Source: Hyphomicrobiales bacterium (GTDB taxonomy: Bacteria; Pseudomonadota; Alphaproteobacteria; Rhizobiales; Devosiaceae). From it: 56,633 nucleotides of DNA. A model generated the notes under the pieces. That model searched no databases. It was not told where the DNA came from and saw only the letters and a list, made by a program, of their open reading frames with translations. The position numbers and the translations under genes are program-made. The stretch spans positions 1 through 56,633 of the forward strand of contig JALSJY010000172.1 in NCBI GenBank assembly GCA_026989045.1, read 5' to 3'. Below are positions 38,005 through 47,435 of the stretch, one piece after another (the first letter of the stretch is position 1; the number at the start of each line of letters is the position of its first letter).

Positions 38005-38184
38005 ATGGAAGATGAATTGTCAACAAAACAAATCCAACATGAAATAGGTATGTCTGTTGATGATTTATCGATAGATGAGCTGGAAAAGAGAATTATTTTG
38101 CTTGAGGGTGAGATAAAAAGATTAAAAAGCTCGATTATATCTAAAAAGGCATCATTTGAATCAGCTCAAGCATTTTTCAAATAG
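38005..38184 (+). CDS. DUF1192 small coiled-coil protein
   Basis: LSIDELEKRIILLEGEIKRLKSSI matches DUF1192. GGGGAA lies upstream of the ATG at 38005. The track ORF starts earlier at 37906. Confidence 0.65.
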   Translation: MEDELSTKQIQHEIGMSVDDLSIDELEKRIILLEGEIKRLKSSIISKKASFESAQAFFK

Positions 38185-38315
38185 GGTTTTATTTTTTAAG
38201 TCTTGATTCATAATTTAGCAGATGTTTATAAGTGCGGTTTATGGGTCGTGAATATGTTTGGTTAAAAAAATGTGCATCGTTAACTTTTATTTAACATGAT
38301 ATGTATAAGTTTAAC

Positions 38316-38411
38316 TTGTTATTTCAGTATTATTTATTTCTTATCTCCTCCCTTAAGAAGTTCTGAAATCTCCTGTTAACTTCATAGAGCCGTTTATCGG
38401 CTCTTTTTTTT
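38316..38411 (+). ncRNA. Candidate trans-acting sRNA with an anti-Shine-Dalgarno motif (the 5' end is an estimate)
   Basis: Hairpin TTCTTA (38338-38343) / TAAGAA (38354-38359) has CTCCTCCC in its loop (38345-38352). A second hairpin, GAAGTT/AACTTC, has CTCCT in its loop (38370-38374). Terminator AGAGCCG-tttat-CGGCTCT plus T8 lies at 38386-38411. TATAAG at 38304-38309 is a possible -10. No ORF is present. Confidence 0.5.
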
Positions 38412-38523
38412 GTCTTTTTTCTTCGCTTAAAATTAGCTATAGTTATTTTCCACAGGTGACATAAAGAGTTTTGCGCATTAGAGTTTAAAAAAGATTCTCA
38501 ACAGGCGAACAAGATATAATATT

Positions 38524-39069
38524 ATGGACGATGAAAAAGACAAAATAAAAAATAATGCAGCAACATCTATTGCGCCAAGCCTGCTTGCCTCTTCTGACTT
38601 TGATAAGCTTTATGCTGAGGGCATGGGCTTAATTGAAGATATTGCAACTTATCTTGATGGTGATGGGCGTGTTCAAAGCCGCCAATTAGATAAACAAGCC
38701 TCAATGGTTTATGCAACCCAATCTATGCGATTAACTACTCGCTTAATGCAATTAGCATCTTGGTTATTGTTGCAACGCGCTGTTGCTGAGGGTGAAATAA
38801 GTGCCAATAGCGCCCGTGATGAAAAAGAAAAAGTTAGGTTTTCATCTGCCCCAAAAGAATATGGTGGCCCGGGTTGGGATGACTTACCTGAGCAATTGCG
38901 TAAATTTATTGCCAAGGGTGATCGTCTATATGAGAGGGTGGTTCAATTTGATAATCTAGATCGCATCTCTGTTGAGCAGGTTGGCATAAAAGCAAAAACT
39001 AATAGTTCTGCAATTGGTGGCATTGCTGAGCAGTTAATGCGTATAAAAACTGCCTTTGGTGAAAAGTAG
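38524..39069 (+). CDS. rcdA: RcdA (DUF1465), regulator of CtrA degradation
   Basis: Pattern FDKLYAEGMGLIEDIATYLDGDGR...ATQSMRLTTRLMQLASWLLLQRAV is characteristic of DUF1465/RcdA. Confidence 0.75.
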   Translation: MDDEKDKIKNNAATSIAPSLLASSDFDKLYAEGMGLIEDIATYLDGDGRVQSRQLDKQASMVYATQSMRLTTRLMQLASWLLLQRAVAEGEISANSARDEKEKVRFSSAPKEYGGPGWDDLPEQLRKFIAKGDRLYERVVQFDNLDRISVEQVGIKAKTNSSAIGGIAEQLMRIKTAFGEK

Positions 39070-39079
39070 AGCAAAAGAA

Positions 39080-39112
39080 AACCCGCCTACCTTATAATAA
39101 GACAAGCGGGTT
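39080..39112 (-). terminator. Terminator downstream of rpmE
   Basis: AACCCGC pairs with GCGGGTT across a 19-nt loop. On the minus strand TTTTCTTTT follows. Confidence 0.55.
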
Positions 39113-39136
39113 AAATATCTAAGGATTAAATATTGC

Positions 39137-39358
39137 TTAGCCCATAATGCCTTTGAATTTCTCTTTAAAGCGAGAAACACGGCCACCACGATCAAGTAAT
39201 TGACCTGTGCCGCCAGTCCAAGCTGGATGAGTTAGTGGATCAACATCAAGTGTTATTGTGTCGCCCTCTTTGCCATAGGTAGAGCGGGTCATATAATGTG
39301 AGCCATCTGTCATTACAATTTTAATTTCGTGATAATCTGGGTGTGTATCTTTTTTCAT
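39137..39358 (-). CDS. rpmE: 50S ribosomal protein L31 (no CxxC zinc motif)
   Basis: [20 protein letters not shown]...HPAWTGG. Confidence 0.9.
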   Translation of the reverse strand: MKKDTHPDYHEIKIVMTDGSHYMTRSTYGKEGDTITLDVDPLTHPAWTGGTGQLLDRGGRVSRFKEKFKGIMG

Positions 39359-39529
39359 TTTGTTACCTTGAAAGCCTTATTATATTAGATAAGTCTTTTG
39401 TTATTGTTAGTTGAAATAATTTCTAGCGCTTTACTAAACAAAGTTTTGATAATTCGCAAGTCCCTTAGTTGCTTATCAGCGTTTAGTCACTTAAGTAGAG
39501 GCAATAAAGCCAAAAAAAGATGAATTTCT

Positions 39530-41395
39530 ATGTCCAAAGTGTCAAAACAGCAAAAATCACCTAAACAGTTTAACGAGATAAATCAGCAAGAAAATCTCTC
39601 TATCAAAGAATTAGATGCTAAAATAGTTGAAAAGCAAGGTAAATTAAAGCCCTTGCGCTCGCTTTTGCCCTTTATTCTTAAATACCCCAAACGCCTAATG
39701 TTAACATTATTATTCTTATTGCTTGGCTCTGGAACGTCCTTAATCATTCCAGCCCTGTTAGGATCAGTGGTTGATGAGGGTTTTATGACGCAAAATTTAG
39801 ATAAGATTGTTCAATATGGCTGGGCAATTTTAGCTGTTGCTATTATAATGGCTGTAGCTTCTGGTGCTAGATTTTATTTTATCTCAATCATTGGTGAGCG
39901 AGTGTTAACTGATTTACGCTGTGCGGTGTTTGAACATTTACTAAAGCTTGATAGCTCATATTATGACACTCATAGGGTGGGGGAGTTAACTTCGCGCCTA
40001 AATGGTGATGTCGCAACAATTCGTGGTGCGGTTGGCTCAAGCGCATCTGTGGCATTGCGCTCATTAGTTATCATCATTGGCGCGCTTATCATGATGTTTT
40101 TAACTTCACCAGCTCTTACAGCTTCAGTTGTAATCATTGGACCCTTGATTGTTATTCCAGTTGTTTTATTTGTGCATCGCTTAAGGGCAATGTCGGTAAA
40201 AACCCAAGATGCTTTGGCTGATATAAGTGCCATGGCCACAGAAGCATTAAGTTCAATTAAAACCATAAAATCATTTGTGCAGGAAAAAATTCAAGTTGAG
40301 ATTTTTAATTCTCGATCAGAAGCAAGTTTTTTAGCTGAGAAAAACAGATTATATGCTCGCTCATTTTTAGTTACTTTGGTGGTGTTTTTAGTAACTGTTG
40401 CAATAATGCTTATGACATGGTGGGGGGCAAAGGCAGTTTATGCAGGCTCAGTAAGTGTTGGTGAGTTAATGCAATTTATGATTTATGCTATGATGGCCTC
40501 AAGCGCCCTAACCAATATGTCGGATATTTGGGGAAATTTACAAACAGTGGCTGGTGCTACTCAGCGCTTAATTGAAATTTTAGAAACTAAGCCAGAGTTA
40601 AAAATTGCTGATAACCCTATTGCCTTGCCTGAGCCTGCACTTGGGACTTTAGAGTTTAAAAATGTAGACTTTACCTATCACACGAGATCAGGTGACAGGG
40701 TATTAAATAATGTTAGTTTTTCTATTCATGCTGGCCAGACAATAGCTTTAGTAGGCGCATCTGGTGCTGGTAAATCAACAGTATTTTCTCTTATTCAAAG
40801 ATTTTATGATGTCAATAATGGTCGTGTGATTGTTGATGGCTTAGATGTAAGAGACGTGGATCCGCATAAATTAAGAGAGCGCTTTGCTTATGTTGAGCAG
40901 GATTCGGTGATTTTTTCTGGCACTATTGCTGAGAATATTAGATTTGGTAAGCCTGATGCAAGTGAAGTAGAAATTGAAAAAGCGGCGAAAGCAGCCTTAG
41001 TTGATGAATTTGTTGCAAAGCTTAAACATGGCTATCAAACTATTGTTGGTGAGCGTGGGGTTATGCTTAGTGGTGGGCAAAAACAACGTATAGCTATTGC
41101 CAGAGCATTGATAAAAGATGCACCAATTTTAATGCTAGATGAAGCAACTTCTTCGCTTGATGCACAAAGTGAAAATTTGGTGCAAAAGGCTCTTGAGCGC
41201 TTAATGCGTGGTAGAACATCAATAGTGATTGCGCATCGTTTAGCTACAATTCGTGATGCAGATAGAATTTTGGTTTTTGAATCTGGCAGGTTAATAGATG
41301 AGGGTACGCATGATCAGTTAGTTAAAAAAGGCGGACGCTATTCCGAGTTAGCAAAATTGCAATTTCGCCTTGATGATGTCCGCCTCGATGGATAA
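39530..41395 (+). CDS. ABC exporter, fused permease/ATPase (ABCB/MsbA-like)
   Basis: Six-helix TMD. Walker A GASGAGKST. Signature LSGGQKQR. Walker B ILMLDEATS. Confidence 0.85.
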   Translation: MSKVSKQQKSPKQFNEINQQENLSIKELDAKIVEKQGKLKPLRSLLPFILKYPKRLMLTLLFLLLGSGTSLIIPALLGSVVDEGFMTQNLDKIVQYGWAILAVAIIMAVASGARFYFISIIGERVLTDLRCAVFEHLLKLDSSYYDTHRVGELTSRLNGDVATIRGAVGSSASVALRSLVIIIGALIMMFLTSPALTASVVIIGPLIVIPVVLFVHRLRAMSVKTQDALADISAMATEALSSIKTIKSFVQEKIQVEIFNSRSEASFLAEKNRLYARSFLVTLVVFLVTVAIMLMTWWGAKAVYAGSVSVGELMQFMIYAMMASSALTNMSDIWGNLQTVAGATQRLIEILETKPELKIADNPIALPEPALGTLEFKNVDFTYHTRSGDRVLNNVSFSIHAGQTIALVGASGAGKSTVFSLIQRFYDVNNGRVIVDGLDVRDVDPHKLRERFAYVEQDSVIFSGTIAENIRFGKPDASEVEIEKAAKAALVDEFVAKLKHGYQTIVGERGVMLSGGQKQRIAIARALIKDAPILMLDEATSSLDAQSENLVQKALERLMRGRTSIVIAHRLATIRDADRILVFESGRLIDEGTHDQLVKKGGRYSELAKLQFRLDDVRLDG

Positions 41396-41452
41396 TTGAT
41401 GATGTTTAATATAATGAATTAAAATATCGCAAAACTAGCTAAATAACTTATT

Positions 41453-42742
41453 TTACTCATCATCTTTTGAAACACTCTTTAGCTTATTAAGCCCTAGAAT
41501 TTTCATTGCGGCTTTTTCATAAAATGGTTCAGATTTACCGCTTTTCATTTTACCAATGAAATATTTCTCAAAGCCTACTTTTGCTAGGTGAACCCATTTG
41601 CCTTGTGATGACCAATTGACATTACGGGGTGGAATTTGTGGTTGTGCAATAAAGGCAATGCCACCATCACCAAAATCAGCCAAACAAAATGCACTCCATG
41701 TTCCTTTATGGGTTGGCTTTTCTTGGCGCACTAATTGCCCAATATTATGCGCGGTAGCTGTTACCATTGATTCAATCATAAAACCAGTTTTAGGCACACC
41801 AACTGGCACCGGAGTTGGGCCAATAGGAGGAATGGCAATGCAAACGCCAACAGAGAAAATATTTTTAAATGTTGGATTTTGCTGATGTTCATCGACTATC
41901 ACAAACCCACGTGGATTAACCAGACCTTCAATTCCCATCAGCGGTTTTATGCCACGAAAAGCAGGTAGCATCATTGAAAATTTAAACGGAACTTGCGTTA
42001 CGCCTTCAGATTCACCGTCTTTGCCAATAGTTTCAACATGCATGACATCTTTATCAATTTTTTGTATTTTTGAATTTGTCATCCATTTAATATGCTTATC
42101 ACGCATCGCACTTTCTAATAAGCCTTTAGTGTCGCCAACTCCATCAAGCCCAAGGTGGCCAACATAAGGCTCAGAGGTTACATAAGTGATTGGCACTTGG
42201 TCACGAATTTTACGCTTGCGCAATTCGGTTTCAAGAATGAACATAAATTCATAAGCAGGCCCAAAACAAGAGGCACCCTGCACTGCGCCAACCACGATGG
42301 GGCCAGGGTTTTTGCAAAATTCATCAAATTCTTTACCCGCCAATTCTGCATGATCTACATGGCAGACTGATTGAGTATTACCTTCTGGCCCAAGACCTTC
42401 AATTTCATCAAAAGCAAGCTCTGGACCAGTTGCAATGATTAAATAATCATATTCAATTGATTCTCCATCAGCCAAATCGATGCGGTTTTCTTTTGGCAAA
42501 ACCTTTGTTGCAGCCTCTGAGATAAACCCTATCCCGTGTTTTTCCATCACAGGCCTAAGGTCAATTTCAATATCTTTGCGCTTGCGCCAATTTACCGCAA
42601 CCCATGGGTTTGAAGGGACAAAATGATATTTAGGGTCTTTAGTAACAACTGTAATTGTGTCTTCTTTTCGTAGCTGCTCTTTCATTTCATAAGCCATAAC
42701 AGTGCCACCAAGACCAGCACCTAATACTACAACATGAGCCAT
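41453..42742 (-). CDS. FAD-dependent pyridine-nucleotide-disulfide oxidoreductase, sulfide:quinone oxidoreductase-like
   Basis: VVVLGAGLGGT FAD fold and SQR-like Cys contexts (GASCFGPAYEF and SAFCLADFG). I chose the ATG at 42742, which is preceded by GGAGG. Confidence 0.6.
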   Translation of the reverse strand: MAHVVVLGAGLGGTVMAYEMKEQLRKEDTITVVTKDPKYHFVPSNPWVAVNWRKRKDIEIDLRPVMEKHGIGFISEAATKVLPKENRIDLADGESIEYDYLIIATGPELAFDEIEGLGPEGNTQSVCHVDHAELAGKEFDEFCKNPGPIVVGAVQGASCFGPAYEFMFILETELRKRKIRDQVPITYVTSEPYVGHLGLDGVGDTKGLLESAMRDKHIKWMTNSKIQKIDKDVMHVETIGKDGESEGVTQVPFKFSMMLPAFRGIKPLMGIEGLVNPRGFVIVDEHQQNPTFKNIFSVGVCIAIPPIGPTPVPVGVPKTGFMIESMVTATAHNIGQLVRQEKPTHKGTWSAFCLADFGDGGIAFIAQPQIPPRNVNWSSQGKWVHLAKVGFEKYFIGKMKSGKSEPFYEKAAMKILGLNKLKSVSKDDE

Positions 42743-42838
42743 TTTATCCTCCAATGTTAAATGAAGTCAGTGTTTATTAAGCTTATTAGCCTCCATAATA
42801 TTATATATGTCAAGTAAGAGATGTAACTAATGCTTTTG

Positions 42839-43864
42839 CTATTCGGTAAGCTTAAATTCAATGCGACGATTGCGTTTATAGGCCTCATCATCTTCACCTA
42901 AATCAAGTGGTGAGAATTCGCCAAACCCTGCGGCAACAAGGCGGTTTGGAGAAACGCCTTGATTGATTAACAGTTTTGCAACAGAAATAGCACGCGCGGC
43001 GCTTAATTCCCAGTTTGATGGAAATTGTTCGGTTGCAATCGGGCGTTTATCGGTATGCCCATCAATGCGTAAAACCCAATTTATTTCAGGTGGGATTTCG
43101 TCTTCGAGTTGTAAAATTGCTTCGCCAAGCTTAGCTATTGCTTCTTGCCCAGCAGCAGAAATATTAGCTTCACCTGCATTAAATAAAACCTCTGATTGAA
43201 AAACAAAACGATCACCAACAATTGTTACATCTGATCTATCAGCTAAAATTTCACGCAAGCGTCCAAAAAAATCAGAGCGATAACGAGACAGGTCTTGCAC
43301 TCTTTGTGCCAAGGCAAGATTAAGTCGGCGCCCAAGGTCAGTTATTTTAGTGTTTGATTCAGCTCCCTTTGCTTCAGAAGCCTCAAGCGCTTGCTCTAAA
43401 GCACCAATTTGAGTGCGAAGCGCATTTAATTGTTGGTTTAATAAGGCAAGCTGTGCAACAGCCTCATTTGACAAATCTGTCTGCTCTAATAATTTTGTAT
43501 TCAAATCTGCAATCTGTGAATTTTTATCGTCAAGCCCAGCACCAAAGCCAGATAATTGATTTGAAAGATTGTCGCGTTCCTCTTGCGCACTGCTAAGAGT
43601 CGCAGACAGAGTAGCAATAGTTGCCTCAAGGTCTTGGTTTTGACCTTTTTCAAGCTGTAATAATTCGGTCAATTCTGCAATTTGTGAATTAAGCCTAGAT
43701 AGAGCAGTATCTTTTCCAAGAATTTCTCTTGCTTGAAAAAATTGTGCTAGAACAAAAATTGTTAGCAAAAATATAATGACTAATAATAGGCTAGCTAAGG
43801 CATCAACAAAGCCGGGCCAATAATTGGCTCTTGCACCATTGCGTCTGCTAAATGAAGTGGCCAT
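42839..43864 (-). CDS. MotB/OmpA-like peptidoglycan-binding protein with TM Asp and a long coiled coil
   Basis: N-terminal TM region WPGFVDALASLLLVIIF includes Asp21. About 150 aa of heptad-like sequence follows (LNSQIAELTELLQLEKGQ...LNALRTQIGALEQALE). The C-terminus is an OmpA-like domain (GHTDKRP, NWELSAARA, NRRIEF). Confidence 0.8.
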   Translation of the reverse strand: MATSFSRRNGARANYWPGFVDALASLLLVIIFLLTIFVLAQFFQAREILGKDTALSRLNSQIAELTELLQLEKGQNQDLEATIATLSATLSSAQEERDNLSNQLSGFGAGLDDKNSQIADLNTKLLEQTDLSNEAVAQLALLNQQLNALRTQIGALEQALEASEAKGAESNTKITDLGRRLNLALAQRVQDLSRYRSDFFGRLREILADRSDVTIVGDRFVFQSEVLFNAGEANISAAGQEAIAKLGEAILQLEDEIPPEINWVLRIDGHTDKRPIATEQFPSNWELSAARAISVAKLLINQGVSPNRLVAAGFGEFSPLDLGEDDEAYKRNRRIEFKLTE

Positions 43865-43883
43865 TTATTAAGTCCTATATAAT

Positions 43884-44870
43884 TTAAGTTTTACCATCTT
43901 CTTTTAACATGGCGGCAATTAAATCTCTTAATTGTTTGTTGGTTTCGCTTTGATCAACAATATATTTTCTTAAATCCTCTTGCTCTAGGCGAATATGTTT
44001 AGTTAAGCCATCAATGCCACGAGCTAGCTCTGCCATGGCGCGAATTGCATCATTTGATGAGTTTGAGTTTTGCATTTTAGAGCTTAACTGCTCAAACATT
44101 GCCTGCATTTCATTGCCAGAAATCCCAAGATTATTAGCCTGCATTGTAGCCACTGGGTGATCAAGTTCTGTCATAGACGACATCCAATCCTCAAGATCGG
44201 TATAGAAGCTATTTTGTGCTTGCGAGGTCTGTAAATCTAAAAATCCTAAAATCAATGAGCCAGTAAGTCCAAAAAGAGATGAGGAAAAGGCTGTTCCCAT
44301 GCCGCTTAATGGCGCTTCTAATCCTTGTTTTAAGCTGGTGAAAACATCACCCGCTTCACCCGCACTAACATCAAGGCCTTGAATAATGCTTGATACTGAG
44401 CCAACGGTTTGCAACAGGCCATAAAATGTTCCAAGCAGACCTAAAAATACTAATAGACCAGTAAGATAGCGAGATGTTTCTTTTGCCTCATCAAGGCGAA
44501 TACCAACACTATCTAAAATTGATCGCAGGCTTGAAGGGGTAATAATTGCCTCACCAAGCCTATTGGACATGATAGTTGCAACTGGAGCTAGCAGAACTGG
44601 CGGTTTTGCAATAGCTAAATCTTCACTTTGCAGTGAGTTAACCCACTGCACTTCTGGCATAAGGCGAATGACTTGGCGAAAAGATAGTAAGATGCCAACT
44701 ATTAGCACAAAAATTATCAAACCATTGATAAAGGGGTTAGACCAAAAGGCATCAAATAATTGAAATGATAATATTGCCCCGATCAAAACAATCAAAATCA
44801 AAAAGATAATCATTTTGATTAAATAAATGGCTGGGCTGGCAATATTATAGGGATTAAAACTACCTGACAT
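43884..44870 (-). CDS. MotA/TolQ/ExbB-family proton-channel protein with a C-terminal cytoplasmic tail
   Basis: Channel helices GLLGTFYGLLQT and GMGTAFSSSLFGLTGSLILGF. About 110 aa of helical tail follows the last TM. The gene lies 19 nt upstream of the MotB-like gene. Confidence 0.8.
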   Translation of the reverse strand: MSGSFNPYNIASPAIYLIKMIIFLILIVLIGAILSFQLFDAFWSNPFINGLIIFVLIVGILLSFRQVIRLMPEVQWVNSLQSEDLAIAKPPVLLAPVATIMSNRLGEAIITPSSLRSILDSVGIRLDEAKETSRYLTGLLVFLGLLGTFYGLLQTVGSVSSIIQGLDVSAGEAGDVFTSLKQGLEAPLSGMGTAFSSSLFGLTGSLILGFLDLQTSQAQNSFYTDLEDWMSSMTELDHPVATMQANNLGISGNEMQAMFEQLSSKMQNSNSSNDAIRAMAELARGIDGLTKHIRLEQEDLRKYIVDQSETNKQLRDLIAAMLKEDGKT

Positions 44871-44979
44871 ATTAAAAAACCACTCTTTAAAACGATAAAA
44901 TATAATTATAATCTTAACTATTCAAATTTGACATGACAATGGTCAAATTAAAACTTTGTTCAGACAAATAGTTTTGCAA

Positions 44980-45768
44980 TTAAATAGAGCGGATTTCTTT
45001 TAATAGTTTTGCTTGGATAATTTCATTTCCTGCGATAACCTCTCCATTAAAAATTGAATTATTTTTGCCACTATAATCGCTAATAAAACCACCAGCTTCT
45101 TTGACTAAAAGCAAACCGGGTGCTACGTCCCAAGCGCCAAGCTCTGCCTCCCAATATCCATCAAGACGGCCAGCGGCCAGCCATGCTAAATCAGTTGAGG
45201 CTGAGCCTGTGCGTCTGATACCTGCACAACTTGGTGCAATTTGGCCAAGCTGTTTAAGCGTTAAAGCGTCATTTTTTGTGCCTGTTACTTTTATGCCTGT
45301 GCTAAGCACGCAATCAGAAATCTTGCGCCTTGCTGCAACTCTTAAACGGCGGTTGTTAAGCCATGCGCCAGCGCCTTTTTCTGCGGTGTAAAGCTCTTCC
45401 ATAATTGGATTATAAATTACCGAGGCAACAATCTCACCATTTCGCTCAAGCGCAATTGCAACAGCAAAAAGTGGAATTGAATGTAAGAAATTTGTCGTGC
45501 CGTCAAGCGGATCAATTATCCAGCGGTGCTGACCATCTTCACCCTTTACCTCACCTCCCTCTTCCATCAAAAAAGAATAGGTGGGGCGGGCATATTGTAA
45601 TTCTTCAAAAATTATTTTTTCTGCTGCTTTATCGGCATTTGAAACAAAATCAGCAGGCCCTTTGCGGCTGACTTGCAAATTTTCTACTTCGCCAAAATCA
45701 CGAGTTAATGAGCGCCCAGCTTTTGCCGCCGCTTGCACCATGATGTTTAATATCGCTGAACGTGCCAT
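44980..45768 (-). CDS. suhB: Inositol monophosphatase SuhB
   Basis: Contains WIIDPLDGTTNF and WDVAPG. Confidence 0.88.
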   Translation of the reverse strand: MARSAILNIMVQAAAKAGRSLTRDFGEVENLQVSRKGPADFVSNADKAAEKIIFEELQYARPTYSFLMEEGGEVKGEDGQHRWIIDPLDGTTNFLHSIPLFAVAIALERNGEIVASVIYNPIMEELYTAEKGAGAWLNNRRLRVAARRKISDCVLSTGIKVTGTKNDALTLKQLGQIAPSCAGIRRTGSASTDLAWLAAGRLDGYWEAELGAWDVAPGLLLVKEAGGFISDYSGKNNSIFNGEVIAGNEIIQAKLLKEIRSI

Positions 45769-45776
45769 TTTTAATC

Positions 45777-46340
45777 CTACTCAGAACGACGCAAGTAAGT
45801 TACTTCTTGCGTATCTACTATAATTTTTTCACCCTGATTAACAAATGGCGGCACCATAACTTTTACGCCATTTTCGAGTATTGCAGGTTTGAATGAGTTA
45901 GCCGCGGTCTGTCCTTTAACAACAGGCTCTGTCTCGCTGACTTCAAGAGTGACTTGGGCTGGGAGTGAAATACCAAGCGGTTTTTCTTCATACATTTCAA
46001 CACATACAGTCATGCCATCTTGTAAAAATTTGGCGCGCTCGCCAACAAATTCAATTGGTAATTCAAGCTGTTCATAACTTTCAAGATTCATAAATACTAA
46101 CATATCACCCTGCTCATAAAGAAATTGAAAATCATTCTGCTCAAGGCGAATTTTTTCAACCGTTTCAGCCGAACGAAATCTTTCATTTAGCTTTGTGCCG
46201 CTTACAATGTCTTTTAATTCGACTTGCGCATAAGCCCCACCCTTACCAGGTTTTACATGATTGACTTTTACCGCCACCCATAAACGTCCATTATGTTCAA
46301 TTACATTTGAGGGGCGAATTTCATTGCCGTTAATTTTCAT
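45777..46340 (-). CDS. efp: Translation elongation factor P
   Basis: [16 protein letters not shown] loop and three-domain length of 187 aa. Confidence 0.93.
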   Translation of the reverse strand: MKINGNEIRPSNVIEHNGRLWVAVKVNHVKPGKGGAYAQVELKDIVSGTKLNERFRSAETVEKIRLEQNDFQFLYEQGDMLVFMNLESYEQLELPIEFVGERAKFLQDGMTVCVEMYEEKPLGISLPAQVTLEVSETEPVVKGQTAANSFKPAILENGVKVMVPPFVNQGEKIIVDTQEVTYLRRSE

Positions 46341-46427
46341 TTTAAATCTTCTTAAAAAGGTAAAAACTTATTGATTAGGTTTATTGATGGCGTTCATGCC
46401 AAAAATCTACAACAATATCAACTTAAT

Positions 46428-47435
46428 TCATTTGTTAGTTTGGCGTTGTATTTTTTTGCTTGGCTCTGATGCTTTATTCTCTGGCACAGCTTGTGGCCAA
46501 AATCTTGCTCTTTCTTGTGCAATTTTTAACTCGTCTTGTGAAATACCTTTAAGTAATTTATCAGTTGCACTATCATTTAGGCCATTTGAGCGAGCAAGCG
46601 AGCGCCACATTGCCGCGACTATAAGGTCTTTTTCCACTCCTTCACCAACAGCGTATAATTTTGCTAATCTGTTTTGTGCAACTGGATTGCCAGCATTAGC
46701 CGCTTCTTTATACCAGATGATGCTTTGTTCAAGATTGCGATCAATCCCCTTGCCTAAATAAAGTAAAGTTGCATATTCAACCTGTGCAGCACTTAGGCCA
46801 GCGTTTGCGGCAAGTTTTATCTGTTTTGCACCCTCTTTAGGGTTTGGTGCAATGCCCGCCCCCTCAAACAAAATAAGCCCATAATCATATTGAGCCTCAG
46901 CAAGACCCGCACTTGCTGCTTCTTTTAATAATTGCGCTGCCTTGATAAGGTTTGGTTCGGCATAAATTCCCTCAATATGTAACAACGCTAAATTATATTT
47001 TGCTTCGCGGTGGTTTTTTGCCGCTGCTTTTTTAAATAATTGTGTAGCGCGTTCGCGGTTTTTTGGCACTCCTAAGCCTTGTTGATAAAGAAGCGCTAGT
47101 GCAAATGTTGCAGAAACATCTCCTCCCTCATCGGCTATTCCATACCAACGTGAGGCAAGGGCGGGATTTCTTGCAACCCCTAATCCATTGATATATATTT
47201 CAGCAATCAAAGTCTGTGCAGCGGCATCTCCAGCCTCTGCTCTTGGCAGGGCAAGCGCAAGGGCGGTTAAATATTGCCCGCGTTGATAAGCACCATAAGC
47301 CTCATCTTTAATCATTCTTGGCCCAAAAATTTCTTTTGCTATTTCACTAGCTTGATTGGTATTTTGTGCATTAGTCAGACTAGGAAATATAGCTGGCAAC
47401 AGCCCTATCAGAATATAGAAATTTTTTTTATTCAT
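46428..47435 (-). CDS. Secreted Sel1-like (SLR/TPR) repeat protein
   Basis: Signal peptide MNKKNFYILIGLLPAIFPSLTNA. Repeated A..WY..AA..G...AQ..LA.LY..G.GV units follow. The start at 47435 overlaps the upstream stop by ATGAATAA. Confidence 0.8.
   Translation of the reverse strand: MNKKNFYILIGLLPAIFPSLTNAQNTNQASEIAKEIFGPRMIKDEAYGAYQRGQYLTALALALPRAEAGDAAAQTLIAEIYINGLGVARNPALASRWYGIADEGGDVSATFALALLYQQGLGVPKNRERATQLFKKAAAKNHREAKYNLALLHIEGIYAEPNLIKAAQLLKEAASAGLAEAQYDYGLILFEGAGIAPNPKEGAKQIKLAANAGLSAAQVEYATLLYLGKGIDRNLEQSIIWYKEAANAGNPVAQNRLAKLYAVGEGVEKDLIVAAMWRSLARSNGLNDSATDKLLKGISQDELKIAQERARFWPQAVPENKASEPSKKIQRQTNK

Noticed and set aside
42785-42817. A dif-like sequence, AGCCTCCATAA-TATTAT-ATATGTCAAGT, in the SQR / MotB-like intergenic region.
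   Set aside because: It matches only about 6/11 of the XerC arm and 8/11 of the XerD arm of the E. coli-type dif consensus as I recall it. The inner TTATG of the XerD arm is not preserved. AT-rich near-palindromes of this kind are expected by chance. Confirmation would need a GC-skew minimum here and a comparison with the alphaproteobacterial dif consensus.
42839-44870. The MotA/MotB-like pair as a Zorya anti-phage system.
   Set aside because: The A subunit is only 328 aa, whereas ZorA, as I recall, is about twice as long with a very long tail. No ZorC/ZorD/ZorE-like genes are adjacent. The flanking genes are housekeeping genes. The pair is retained as an uncharacterised stator-like pair rather than called a defence system.
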